In this document: positions 7,558 to 14,677 of the stretch, in pieces | Position numbering within the stretch: position 1 is the stretch's first letter | How the letters are laid out: the number at the start of each line of letters is the position of its first letter | From: a virus | DNA: 14,677 nucleotides | Direction: 5' to 3' (one strand) | UHGV virus genome: UHGV-1705688 | Position numbers and translations under genes: made by a program | Notes under the pieces: model-generated | Databases searched by the model: none | Seen by the model: the letters and a program-made list of their open reading frames with translations, nothing else | Told to the model about the DNA's origin: nothing

Positions 7558-10074
7558 TTACCTGCGATTGGTCGCATTCCAGATAAGCCCACCGGGCTGG
7601 ATTGCCCTGGCGATACCCTCGTTGACAGATTTATTAATCACCTGCTCATACGCCTTACCCAGCCTGTCTCCGTCGTTTTGCTGCTGTGCGTTACCGGAAG
7701 CATTCTCGACCGTCACCGGGGCATATACACTGACACCGAAAGGTGCTGCAGCCGGGCCTGTACCACCGCCCCCGACATACCCTCCCGTGGCATAGCCTTT
7801 CATCATCCGGTAAAGATTGCCGACGCCGATCCGACTGGTAGCCTCTTTGGTGAAAACAAATTCGCCACGGTGAACGACACCTGCGGGTTCATATTTCCCA
7901 CCCGAACCGGTGAATCCCCCGCTGGCAAACCCCAGCGCCGTGGAGGCTGAATCTACCAGTCCGGTCATTGCCTGCTTCAGCAGAATTTGTGTCAGCATGG
8001 AGAGCGTGGAGCGGGTAAAGTCAGCCCAGTCAGCCTTTCCGCGTGTCAGCATGTCTGCCATATTCTGCCCGATGCCATCAAACGTACTGGTGGCAACCGA
8101 CTTCATCTGGCCATAAGCATCTGAAGCGGAATCAACATAATCTGCCCATGCGGATTTGGCCCCGGATTGCCAGTCGTCCCGCAGCTTATCCTGCTCGGCG
8201 TAATACGCCTGCAGCGCCTGCAGCTCATTCTGATAACCAGCGTCGTTCTCCGAACCGCCACCATTTTTCCAGCCCTGAAGAAGCTGGGCCTCCTCATTGC
8301 GGCGTTGTGCTGCACGACTGCTCATACCAGCACTTTCCGCAAGGGCTCGGGTTTTCTCGCCGATCTGCGTGACGTATTTTTGGGACGTATCCTGCAGGCG
8401 GTTAAGCCGCTCCTGCGCCACTATCTGATCGCCAAGCTTCGCATTCAGCTCCGCACGGGAAAGCACCTCACTTTTACTGGCCAGCAGGGATTTTTCCTCA
8501 GCAGAAAGCGTTCGGGTCTTCGCGGCCTCTTCCAGAACCGTAAAGCGGGACTGCTGACGCCACAGCTCCTGACGCTGCTGGCTGATGGTGTCATTGATGC
8601 TCTTATGCTCCTGCAGGGTGCGCAGCTGTGTCTGTAGCTCCAGCGTCTGGGCACTGGCCGTATCGGTGGCACGGGCACCTGCGGGGGTTCTGATTGCCGG
8701 GGTCTTCTTCGGCTTTTTAAGGGTGTCTTCGTACTCTTTTTTCGCGGCAGCCAGGTTGATGTTGTAGTCAGCCTGGAGGATCCGCCCCTCTTTCAGCGCC
8801 TTGTTGAGCTCGCTCTGCCTGGCCGTGTATTTCTCCAGTGCCGTCTGCGTTTTGGCATAGTTTGCCTGTGCCTGCGCAGCATACTTCTGGCGATCCGATT
8901 CCGCAGCCGCTTCGCGCGATGCATTCTCTTCGTTCGCCCTGGCAATTCCCGCCTGCTGCTGCGCCATATCCAGCGCAAGCCTGGCCGTTTCGCGGTCATT
9001 CCAGAATCGGGCGCGAGCCTCATCATTGACATATCGGTCACCTTTACGCAGGTTCCAGATTTCATCAGCTTTTTTGAACGCGGCTTCGGCTTTTGCCACC
9101 ATCTCCTGCGCGGTGTCAGGTCGGCCAATATCGAGGGCTGCATCCCACATCGACTTGAAGGCGCGCTTCAGGGAGTCCGCTGAAGACTCTATCGTCCCCA
9201 TATTGTCGCGGATGGCTTTGGTCTGATCGTTGAATCCGGCTGTAGCCGCCTCGTTAGCCGCCTGCAGTGCGCCAGCCTCATCACCGGCACGCTGCAGCTG
9301 CGCCACATGGGCAATCTGTTCTGCGGTAACGTTATGGAACTGCTGGGCCATCGCGATCAGGCCCGATGTCGGGTCAGTTGCGAGCTTGCCGTAGGCTGCA
9401 GCGACTTTCTCCACCGGCACGCCGGAGGCATCAGTAAACCGCGCCACCGCCTGGCTCATTTCATCAAAGCGCGAGCCAGTACGCACACCTGCATTGATAA
9501 GCTCGGTCAGGGCTTCACTGGTCTGGTTGAACGTTAGCCCCGCTGCCTGTCCGTTCCGCGCCAGTGCCAGCATGCGGTCAGCTGTCAGTCCGGCTGTGTT
9601 CCCCGACAGTACCAGCGTTTTGTTGAAATCAGACAGAGTGGAAGAGCCCTGGTACCAGGCATAGAACAACGCGCCCGTTGCAACGGACAATGCACCAATG
9701 CCGACCATCAACGGGGAAATCGTCCCCAGCAACGCCCGGAATGTCGGAATGATCCCGCCAAAGGAGTCCTTAACCTGACCGCCCTGCTGAAGCAGAATCA
9801 GCCAGGGGTTCTGCCCACCCGCCAGCTGCGTGGCCACGTCAGTAAACTGCGCCGGGAGCATACGCATCGCTGCGTTATACTGACCCACTGAAATACCGGC
9901 CTTACGCGCGGCGTTCTCCTGGCGGCTGAAGGACTGCTGGATACGTAACGCTTCATCGTTTGCCGTATTGCCGGTCTGTTTTAATTCTTTTTTGACGTAG
10001 CTGAGCTGCTCGTTGAATTTTGTCGAGTTAACGTCAAGGTTAACGACCAGATCACCGACTGCCGTCTGGGCCAT
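7558..10074 (-). CDS. H: Tail tape measure protein H, 838 aa.
   Basis: ORF track. Long stretches match lambda H as recalled (AGISVGQYNAAMRMLPAQFTDVATQLAGGQNPWLILLQQGGQVKDSFGG; GKYEPAGVVHRGEFVFTKEATSRIGVGNLYRMMKGYATGGYVG). ATG at 10074..10072 overlaps the end of the T frame. Confidence 0.93.
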   Translation of the reverse strand: MAQTAVGDLVVNLDVNSTKFNEQLSYVKKELKQTGNTANDEALRIQQSFSRQENAARKAGISVGQYNAAMRMLPAQFTDVATQLAGGQNPWLILLQQGGQVKDSFGGIIPTFRALLGTISPLMVGIGALSVATGALFYAWYQGSSTLSDFNKTLVLSGNTAGLTADRMLALARNGQAAGLTFNQTSEALTELINAGVRTGSRFDEMSQAVARFTDASGVPVEKVAAAYGKLATDPTSGLIAMAQQFHNVTAEQIAHVAQLQRAGDEAGALQAANEAATAGFNDQTKAIRDNMGTIESSADSLKRAFKSMWDAALDIGRPDTAQEMVAKAEAAFKKADEIWNLRKGDRYVNDEARARFWNDRETARLALDMAQQQAGIARANEENASREAAAESDRQKYAAQAQANYAKTQTALEKYTARQSELNKALKEGRILQADYNINLAAAKKEYEDTLKKPKKTPAIRTPAGARATDTASAQTLELQTQLRTLQEHKSINDTISQQRQELWRQQSRFTVLEEAAKTRTLSAEEKSLLASKSEVLSRAELNAKLGDQIVAQERLNRLQDTSQKYVTQIGEKTRALAESAGMSSRAAQRRNEEAQLLQGWKNGGGSENDAGYQNELQALQAYYAEQDKLRDDWQSGAKSAWADYVDSASDAYGQMKSVATSTFDGIGQNMADMLTRGKADWADFTRSTLSMLTQILLKQAMTGLVDSASTALGFASGGFTGSGGKYEPAGVVHRGEFVFTKEATSRIGVGNLYRMMKGYATGGYVGGGGTGPAAAPFGVSVYAPVTVENASGNAQQQNDGDRLGKAYEQVINKSVNEGIARAIQPGGLIWNATNRR

Positions 10075-10803
10075 AGCGCACGCCTCCTGAAATACCTGCA
10101 GCCTTCGCCATCAGCGTATCGTCATCCGGATCATCGATGTCGATGGCTTCCGGTGCAGAGGAAAGAATGCTGAAACTGTCCGGGGTTAACTCCGGATCGG
10201 CAAAAAACAGGGTTGAGATGGTGTAGAGCAAGCCGGAGAAATGTGCGTCCAGCTGCGCATCATGAAAGTAATTGTCCTGGTAGAAGATTTTCCAGTCGCC
10301 GTACTCCGTAGAGGACATGCCAGCAAGCATGGCACGCCAGTCCGGGCGACCGAACTCACGCGCCAGTTTCATGGCAAATTTCAGCTCACTGGCGAGGACT
10401 TTTCCGCAGTAACGGGTTCAGCGGGATCATTACGTTCTTCACCGGATGAAGTCGGTTCTTCAATGACAGGCGCAATCATCCCGGACAGGAGTTTCACCTT
10501 ATATTCCGCTTCGGCAACCAGTTCGGTCGGCCATGACTGCATGACCTCATCCTGAATCTTTGCCACTTCCGCCGCCGCATTTTCTCCCTGGGAGCCTTTC
10601 AGTTCGTGGCCGTGCCAGAGTGACATCGCCACGAGGAACGCCCCACTTTTTACGGTGAGGGTGATGGCCGCCTGAAAATCGCCAGCTTCAACTGCCTCCA
10701 GCTGCTTCAGGTATTCGAGGTATTCAATACGCTGAAGCGCCGAAAGCTGGAACAATGTGACGCTGCTGCCGTTGCATTCAAGCAGTTCGCTCTTTAGAAA
10801 CAT
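10052..10803 (-). CDS. GT: G-T tail assembly chaperone fusion, made by programmed -1 ribosomal frameshift near the end of G (slip site at plus 10399..10405).
   Basis: The T-frame ORF (track 10052..10372) is open upstream of its first Met back to the slip site, reading GKVLASELKFAMKLAREFGRP. G ends 4 codons after the GAA-AAG site. Arrangement is as in lambda G/G-T. Confidence 0.7.
10381..10803 (-). CDS. G: Tail assembly chaperone G, 140 aa.
   Basis: ORF track. MFLKSELLECNGSSVTLFQLSALQRIE and GAFLVAMSLWH match lambda G as recalled. Lies between V and H. Confidence 0.9.
   Translation of the reverse strand: MFLKSELLECNGSSVTLFQLSALQRIEYLEYLKQLEAVEAGDFQAAITLTVKSGAFLVAMSLWHGHELKGSQGENAAAEVAKIQDEVMQSWPTELVAEAEYKVKLLSGMIAPVIEEPTSSGEERNDPAEPVTAEKSSPVS
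10399..10405 (-). other. Putative -1 programmed frameshift slippery site (minus strand G-GAA-AAG, Lys codon AAG able to re-pair as AAA).
   Basis: Minus strand reads GCG GAA AAG UCC in the G frame; a -1 shift reads GGA AAA GUC and continues into T. The heptamer is not a canonical XXXYYYZ, so the exact slip mechanism is uncertain. Confidence 0.55.
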
Positions 10804-10819
10804 AATTACTCCGGGGGAA

Positions 10820-10835
10820 CGGGGCTCGCGCCCCG
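10820..10835 (-). other. GC-rich hairpin between the V stop and the G ribosome-binding site.
   Basis: Plus CGGGGC-TCGC-GCCCCG, a 6-bp all-GC stem with 4-nt loop, 5 nt from the V stop. No U-run follows, so not a classical terminator. Confidence 0.4.
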
Positions 10836-10839
10836 GTTA

Positions 10840-11577
10840 TCAGGAAACAGTGACTTTGCAGATCGCCACAAAGTTACCGTCATTGCTCATAACGATGATT
10901 TCGACGGTGCCTGCCGCCACGCCGGTGACCGTCAGTGTGTTACCGTTAGCCGTAACTGTGGCTTTGGCCCGGTCAGCTGACGATACGCGGAAGGATTTAT
11001 CTGACGCACTGGCCGGAAGAACAGATACAACCAGTTGCACAGTTTCACCGACCGCAACAGCTGCAGTGGATTTATCCAGGCTGATCCCCGTGACAGCAAT
11101 CGGCGCGGCACCACTGTCTTCTGCCAGTGATGGTTTGCCGTTGTTGGTGATTTTTGCCGTGCGGGTCATGACCTCTTTAGACGAGATGGTCTTGCCGAGA
11201 CTGCTCACCCAGCCCTTAAAGACATCGACAACACCATTCGGATATTTGATTTTATACCCCTTCACGGTGCCTTCATCGAACCAGTTCACCAGGTCCTGCT
11301 GACCGGAATCCTCCGGCATCCATGCGAGCGTCAGGTTTGTTTCACCGGCTGATTTCTGCCCCTGCATCGTTGATGTCCAGTCGGCATTCTCATCATCGAT
11401 GTAGGTGTCATCTTCCGATTCAGCTGTCAGTTCTCCGGGCTGCAGGTCTTTAATCTTTGCCAGGCGCAGCCAGTCAACGTCTGAAAGCGGATTGGCGTAT
11501 GGATCACCAGTTCCGGTGTAAACCCAGAGGGTGGTACCAGCACCTTTTGTTGGTGCCAGCGGGTTTGGTGTGGCCAT
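10840..11577 (-). CDS. V: Major tail tube protein V, 245 aa, with C-terminal Ig-like (Big_2-type) domain.
   Basis: ORF track. [31 protein letters not shown] and [13 protein letters not shown] match lambda V as recalled; C-terminal Thr/Val/Ser-rich beta segment typical of the Ig-like decoration domain. Confidence 0.93.
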   Translation of the reverse strand: MATPNPLAPTKGAGTTLWVYTGTGDPYANPLSDVDWLRLAKIKDLQPGELTAESEDDTYIDDENADWTSTMQGQKSAGETNLTLAWMPEDSGQQDLVNWFDEGTVKGYKIKYPNGVVDVFKGWVSSLGKTISSKEVMTRTAKITNNGKPSLAEDSGAAPIAVTGISLDKSTAAVAVGETVQLVVSVLPASASDKSFRVSSADRAKATVTANGNTLTVTGVAAGTVEIIVMSNDGNFVAICKVTVS

Positions 11578-11584
11578 AGGGTCC

Positions 11585-11983
11585 TCACATGTCGTAAGTA
11601 ATGGAATATTTCAGGTCGGCAGAACTCCACAGCGCCATATCGTCATCGCGCTGGTAGTCATAGCCCTGCTGAACCATTGTGGTGATAAGAGATTCAAGCC
11701 CCGGAACCTCTGCGAGAACCGGATACACTCTCGTCTCCATCCAGTCATCCAGATCAGAATCAGGTACCTGAGCCTCAAGAAAGACTTCGATATGCAGAAT
11801 GGCCTGCCAGCTATCGGCGTCCAGTTCTTCCCCTGTGTATTCCGCATCTGTCAGGTAGACGGCAACAGCGGGAAAATCACCCTCTTCGAGCACTGCAGGT
11901 CTGCCGTCAAAATAAATGACATCAGTACCAATCGCGCTTTCCAGCGCGTCAATAATCACCTTGCGAATATCGCTGTGTTTCAT
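11585..11983 (-). CDS. U: Tail terminator protein U, 132 aa.
   Basis: ORF track. FDGRPAV...[20 protein letters not shown]...HIEVFL and C-terminal YDYQRDDD...[14 protein letters not shown] match lambda U as recalled. ATG overlaps the Z stop (ATGA). Confidence 0.9.
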   Translation of the reverse strand: MKHSDIRKVIIDALESAIGTDVIYFDGRPAVLEEGDFPAVAVYLTDAEYTGEELDADSWQAILHIEVFLEAQVPDSDLDDWMETRVYPVLAEVPGLESLITTMVQQGYDYQRDDDMALWSSADLKYSITYDM

Positions 11984-12534
11984 CGTGTCAGAATTAACCT
12001 GAGTTGGTTGGTAAGGGATGCCCGGAGCTCTTTGGGCATATCTGACTCCATGAGCTTCGGCAGTTCTTCTTTAAATGCCGTAGTTAATGGAGCTGCCAGC
12101 GGGATGCTGACCACTTCAATGGGGTAACGAGGTTTTGAAGTCCGCCTCATGACATGCCAGCGACCATTTTTAAGTTGCTGGATAAAGCCGCCCGGAAAAC
12201 GAAATGGCCCTATGCGCAGAACGCTGTTGGCCCCTTTCTTGTCCCGTTTTCTGCGGGAAAGTCGCACGCTTGCGGTACCGAGTTTAATGGCCGGTAAATT
12301 TCCCCGGTTTACCCGGATAAGTGCACGAGGTCTATTGACCGTCGCACGCTTCACCCTGGCGCGTTGCTTTACCAGTTTTCGCGGTACGCGCGTATCTTTT
12401 GATACGACTGCCACGCTGCGGCTGACGGCCCGGTTTGCCACGCGGTTAACGGCCTGCGCCGATGCCCGCGGAACAGCCGTTTTGCTGATGCTGTTAAGGT
12501 TTTCTATGGCCTGTTCAAGGCCTTTTATGGACAT
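11980..12534 (-). CDS. Z: Tail completion protein Z, 184 aa.
   Basis: ORF track. MSIKGLEQAIENLNSISKTAVP and FIQQLKNGRWHVM match lambda Z as recalled. Highly basic protein. Confidence 0.9.
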   Translation of the reverse strand: MSIKGLEQAIENLNSISKTAVPRASAQAVNRVANRAVSRSVAVVSKDTRVPRKLVKQRARVKRATVNRPRALIRVNRGNLPAIKLGTASVRLSRRKRDKKGANSVLRIGPFRFPGGFIQQLKNGRWHVMRRTSKPRYPIEVVSIPLAAPLTTAFKEELPKLMESDMPKELRASLTNQLRLILTR

Positions 12535-12543
12535 ATGCGCTCC

Positions 12544-12897
12544 TTAACGGCGACGCGAAGATGCAGGTGGAGAGCCGTTACCCAGACAGATATGACAGGA
12601 GCCACAGTCATCCGGACCAATACGTTCAACCCAGAATTGCCGACCGTTAATCGTCAGCGTGTCCATACGCTGCAGCTGCCTGACAGTGGCGGTTTCCACA
12701 AACAGGGTCGGGCTGGTTCCTTCAACACGAATCCCGGCACCGGCATATCCGATATTTTCTGGATCATCGAATACACCGACCAGGGTGGCACCTGACAAAG
12801 CGCCTGACATCACCTTTGCCTCTGTGCCCATCACACCACGGATAGCGCTATCAGCTCGCGACATGGCCTCGTCAAAGAGATTATCGAAATCAGCCAT
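12544..12897 (-). CDS. FII: Head-tail joining protein FII, 117 aa.
   Basis: ORF track. MADFDNLFD, VFDDPENIGYAGAGIRVEGTSPTLFV and C-terminal GPDDCGSCH...RRR match lambda FII as recalled; same length. Confidence 0.9.
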   Translation of the reverse strand: MADFDNLFDEAMSRADSAIRGVMGTEAKVMSGALSGATLVGVFDDPENIGYAGAGIRVEGTSPTLFVETATVRQLQRMDTLTINGRQFWVERIGPDDCGSCHICLGNGSPPASSRRR

Positions 12898-12907
12898 GTG
12901 GCCCCCT

Positions 12908-13333
12908 TCAGACTTCGAAAGCCAGCCCCTTTGCGATCAAGTCGTCGGCATCCTGTTCAGATACGCGGATAATCACACCAGGCTCTACGATAGATACCGG
13001 CTCGTTACGCGTGGCATGCAGAGCGTCAATATGCAGGGTGGCCAGCGTTTCTACTGATACCAGGTCACCCGTTGTGGCCGATTCCGTTTTTACTTTTGCC
13101 ACGTTAGCAACATTGTTGTCGGTGCTGTCGGTGCTGTCGGTGCTGTCGGTGCTGTCGGAAGCATTCTGCACGCCGTTTTCACCGTCAACTGACCCGGCAT
13201 TGCCATCCAGTTCCTCTTCAAGCTCAGCAATACGCATCGTCAGTTCCTGAATGGTGCCGCTGGTACTGACCTCGCGGTTAAGCTGGGTCCCAAGTTCATT
13301 CAGGCGGGCGACCAGCTTTTCTTTTTCTGTCAT
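12908..13333 (-). CDS. FI: DNA packaging protein FI, 141 aa, with an acidic linker containing an (S-T-D)n repeat.
   Basis: Track ORF 12908..13369 begins at a GTG inside a hairpin. I place the start at ATG 13333..13331 (MTEKEKLVARLNELGTQLNREV), which aligns with the lambda FI N-terminus MTKDELIARL and has GGAG ~9 nt upstream. Confidence 0.8.
   Translation of the reverse strand: MTEKEKLVARLNELGTQLNREVSTSGTIQELTMRIAELEEELDGNAGSVDGENGVQNASDSTDSTDSTDSTDNNVANVAKVKTESATTGDLVSVETLATLHIDALHATRNEPVSIVEPGVIIRVSEQDADDLIAKGLAFEV
13118..13159 (-). repeat. Perfect 9-bp tandem repeat (plus GTCGGTGCT, 4 full copies plus a partial) inside FI, encoding DSTDSTDSTDSTD.
   Basis: Read directly from the sequence at 13118..13159. 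Unit length is a multiple of 3, so copy-number change keeps the frame. Confidence 0.9.
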
Positions 13334-13351
13334 GGGAAATACTCCAGAAAG

Positions 13352-13369
13352 GTGGCCCGACAGGGCCAC
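13352..13369 (-). other. GC-rich hairpin between the E stop and the FI ribosome-binding site.
   Basis: Plus GTGGCCC-GACA-GGGCCAC, a 7-bp perfect stem with 4-nt loop. No U-run follows on the minus strand. Confidence 0.4.
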
Positions 13370-13378
13370 TGGGGGAAG

Positions 13379-14404
13379 TTATGCCAGTTTGACGGAGACG
13401 AATGCGTCAGGGTCTGGCAGCAGCATCAGCGGAGCTGACTGAATCATGGTGAATTCGCGCGCCGGATCCCCCGACTGCACCCAGTTTTTCGGGTAGCGTG
13501 TCGAGGCATTGATACCTTCGCGCTGGGCATCAGCATCAAGAATGCAGCCATAGGTACGCAGGCCACGAGCCTGGGTATTCCCCAGCACCATTGTCAGGTC
13601 CGGCAGATAATTCTTTTTGACGTCGTTTTCGACGTACTGGCCGGAGTACACCACGATGGCCACATCGCCAAACATCCCCTTGTATGAAACAGCCATACCC
13701 AGGTCTTTCACGGCAGTTTCCAGCTCAGAGTTAGAACCACGACGCGTATCCAGCTTCTTCTCAACAGCCTTGAAGGAACGGAACAGCGCCCAGCCTTTCG
13801 GATCGAACACAATGATGTTGACCACACCGCTGGCGTTGAGCGCGTAGGCTTCAATGTCATCGGTCGGGTCATACGTTTCTTTGTCGCGGGTTGACCATGC
13901 AGCCGCACCGGCCTGGACAATGTTGTTACCAGCGCTGCGGCCCATATCGACTTCAACAGGCTCGAACGCTTCCCCGGTCATGGTGTATTTACCGCTGAGC
14001 ACCGCCGAAACAGCCTGTTTCTCTTCGACCTGAGCAATCGCCAGCTCTTCATCCTTCATGTTCTGAAGGATAATGCGGCGACGGCGATAGACCGGGTCAG
14101 CGAGATTCTGCGGATCCTCATCCGGCAGGCGGCGGAGAGTCATCAGTGGGTTAACTTCGTGTTTCGGCTTCACATAACCCGGCGTGAATTCAGACGTGCT
14201 GCCGCCACGGGAGCGGATCACTTTGCCGGAGACAATCGGCGAGACGTAAAGCGCCATATTGACCAGGCCAGGAATTTGCGACAGGTAAACCTTCTCTGTA
14301 CTGAAGGGATAGGTTTCGCGGAAAAAGATACGCAGGAAAAGCGGATCGAATTTGAATTTCTTCTCATTGACCGCCAGCAGTTGGGCAGTGGTGTAAACGG
14401 ACAT
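13379..14404 (-). CDS. E: Major capsid protein E, 341 aa.
   Basis: ORF track. Near-identical over long stretches to lambda E as recalled (MSVYTTAQLLAVNEKKFKFDPLFLRIFFRE; YLSQIPGLVNMALYVSPIVSG; ARGLRTYGCILDADAQREGINA); same length as lambda E. Confidence 0.95.
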   Translation of the reverse strand: MSVYTTAQLLAVNEKKFKFDPLFLRIFFRETYPFSTEKVYLSQIPGLVNMALYVSPIVSGKVIRSRGGSTSEFTPGYVKPKHEVNPLMTLRRLPDEDPQNLADPVYRRRRIILQNMKDEELAIAQVEEKQAVSAVLSGKYTMTGEAFEPVEVDMGRSAGNNIVQAGAAAWSTRDKETYDPTDDIEAYALNASGVVNIIVFDPKGWALFRSFKAVEKKLDTRRGSNSELETAVKDLGMAVSYKGMFGDVAIVVYSGQYVENDVKKNYLPDLTMVLGNTQARGLRTYGCILDADAQREGINASTRYPKNWVQSGDPAREFTMIQSAPLMLLPDPDAFVSVKLA

Positions 14405-14417
14405 AGATTTTTCCCGT

Positions 14418-14444
14418 AAAAAAAGCCGCGCAAGCGGCTTTTAT
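14418..14444 (-). terminator. Intrinsic terminator-like hairpin with U-run between D and E.
   Basis: Plus A7 (14418..14424) then AGCCGC-GCAA-GCGGCT (6-bp stem) then TTTTAT. On the minus strand the hairpin is followed by U7; it is weaker in the plus orientation. Confidence 0.5.
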
Positions 14445-14472
14445 GAATGATGATGGTTGTAGAAATGCGGAT

Positions 14473-14677
14473 TAAACGATGCTGATTGCAGTACCGGCGA
14501 ACGCGTTACGTTTAATGTTGTCGTCGGTGACGGCAGATGGCCAGAGGACATCTTCAATACGGAAAGAGCCAGATTTGTAATATGCCAGTTCCGCGCTGTT
14601 CTGGTCTGCGGTTACAGCCAGGATGCCCATTGCCACGCCAGCATGAGCACCATCCCAGACGGTCAGCTTGCCAGAAG
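14473..14677 (-). CDS. D: Capsid decoration / head stabilisation protein D, C-terminal portion only (5' end lies beyond the window).
   Basis: My translation of the minus strand from the window edge to the TAA at 14475..14473 gives ...[67 protein letters not shown], matching the lambda D C-terminus ([10 protein letters not shown]) as recalled. Not in the ORF track because no start lies in the window. Confidence 0.9.

Noticed and set aside
7568-9537. Plus-strand ORFs from the track lying inside H (7568..7795, 7678..7950, 7910..8116, 8043..8372, 8167..8637, 8585..8767, 8838..9029, 9026..9226, 9307..9537).
   Set aside because: All are antisense to, and fully contained in, the confidently assigned tape measure gene; their translations are low-complexity and Pro/Arg/Ser-rich, as expected for antisense frames in GC-rich coding DNA.
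11531-12127. 198-aa plus-strand ORF spanning the V/U/Z region.
   Set aside because: Antisense to the well-supported U and Z genes; no RBS and no recognisable protein features.
13118-13159. Possible CRISPR array, suggested by the regular short repeats.
   Set aside because: Units are only 9 bp with no spacers, are head-to-tail inside a coding frame, and encode an (STD)n peptide repeat; not CRISPR.
13334-13369. Track start of FI at 13369 (153-aa version).
   Set aside because: That start codon is GTG inside the 7-bp GC hairpin. The ATG at 13333 has a GGAG RBS and aligns with the lambda FI N-terminus.

Overview
This window is the late morphogenetic (head-tail) operon of a lambda-like siphovirus or prophage from an enterobacterium, encoded entirely on the minus strand in the same gene order as phage lambda: D (partial), E, FI, FII, Z, U, V, G/G-T, H, M, L, K, I, J, followed by two further overlapping small genes. 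Assignments rest on my recognition of the translated ORFs as lambda homologues (E, H, V, U, Z, FII and G are very close to the lambda proteins as I recall them) plus compact gene overlaps; no database search was run. Three things depart from the lambda backbone. (1) A low-GC lipoprotein gene with its own terminator sits between K and I. (2) A low-GC insert between I and J carries two convergent, overlapping small ORFs and ends in a strong terminator just upstream of J. (3) J keeps a lambda-like N-terminal two thirds but has a longer coiled-coil region and a different C-terminal receptor-binding end, and is followed by two overlapping genes of unknown function. Other signals are a -1 frameshift site joining G to T, a perfect 9-bp in-frame tandem repeat in FI, and GC-rich hairpins after the highly expressed D, E and V genes. 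All plus-strand ORFs in the track except possibly 4386..4601 are antisense artefacts. The lipoprotein and the I-J insert are the best candidates for accessory (moron) functions such as superinfection exclusion, but their functions are inferred, not demonstrated.
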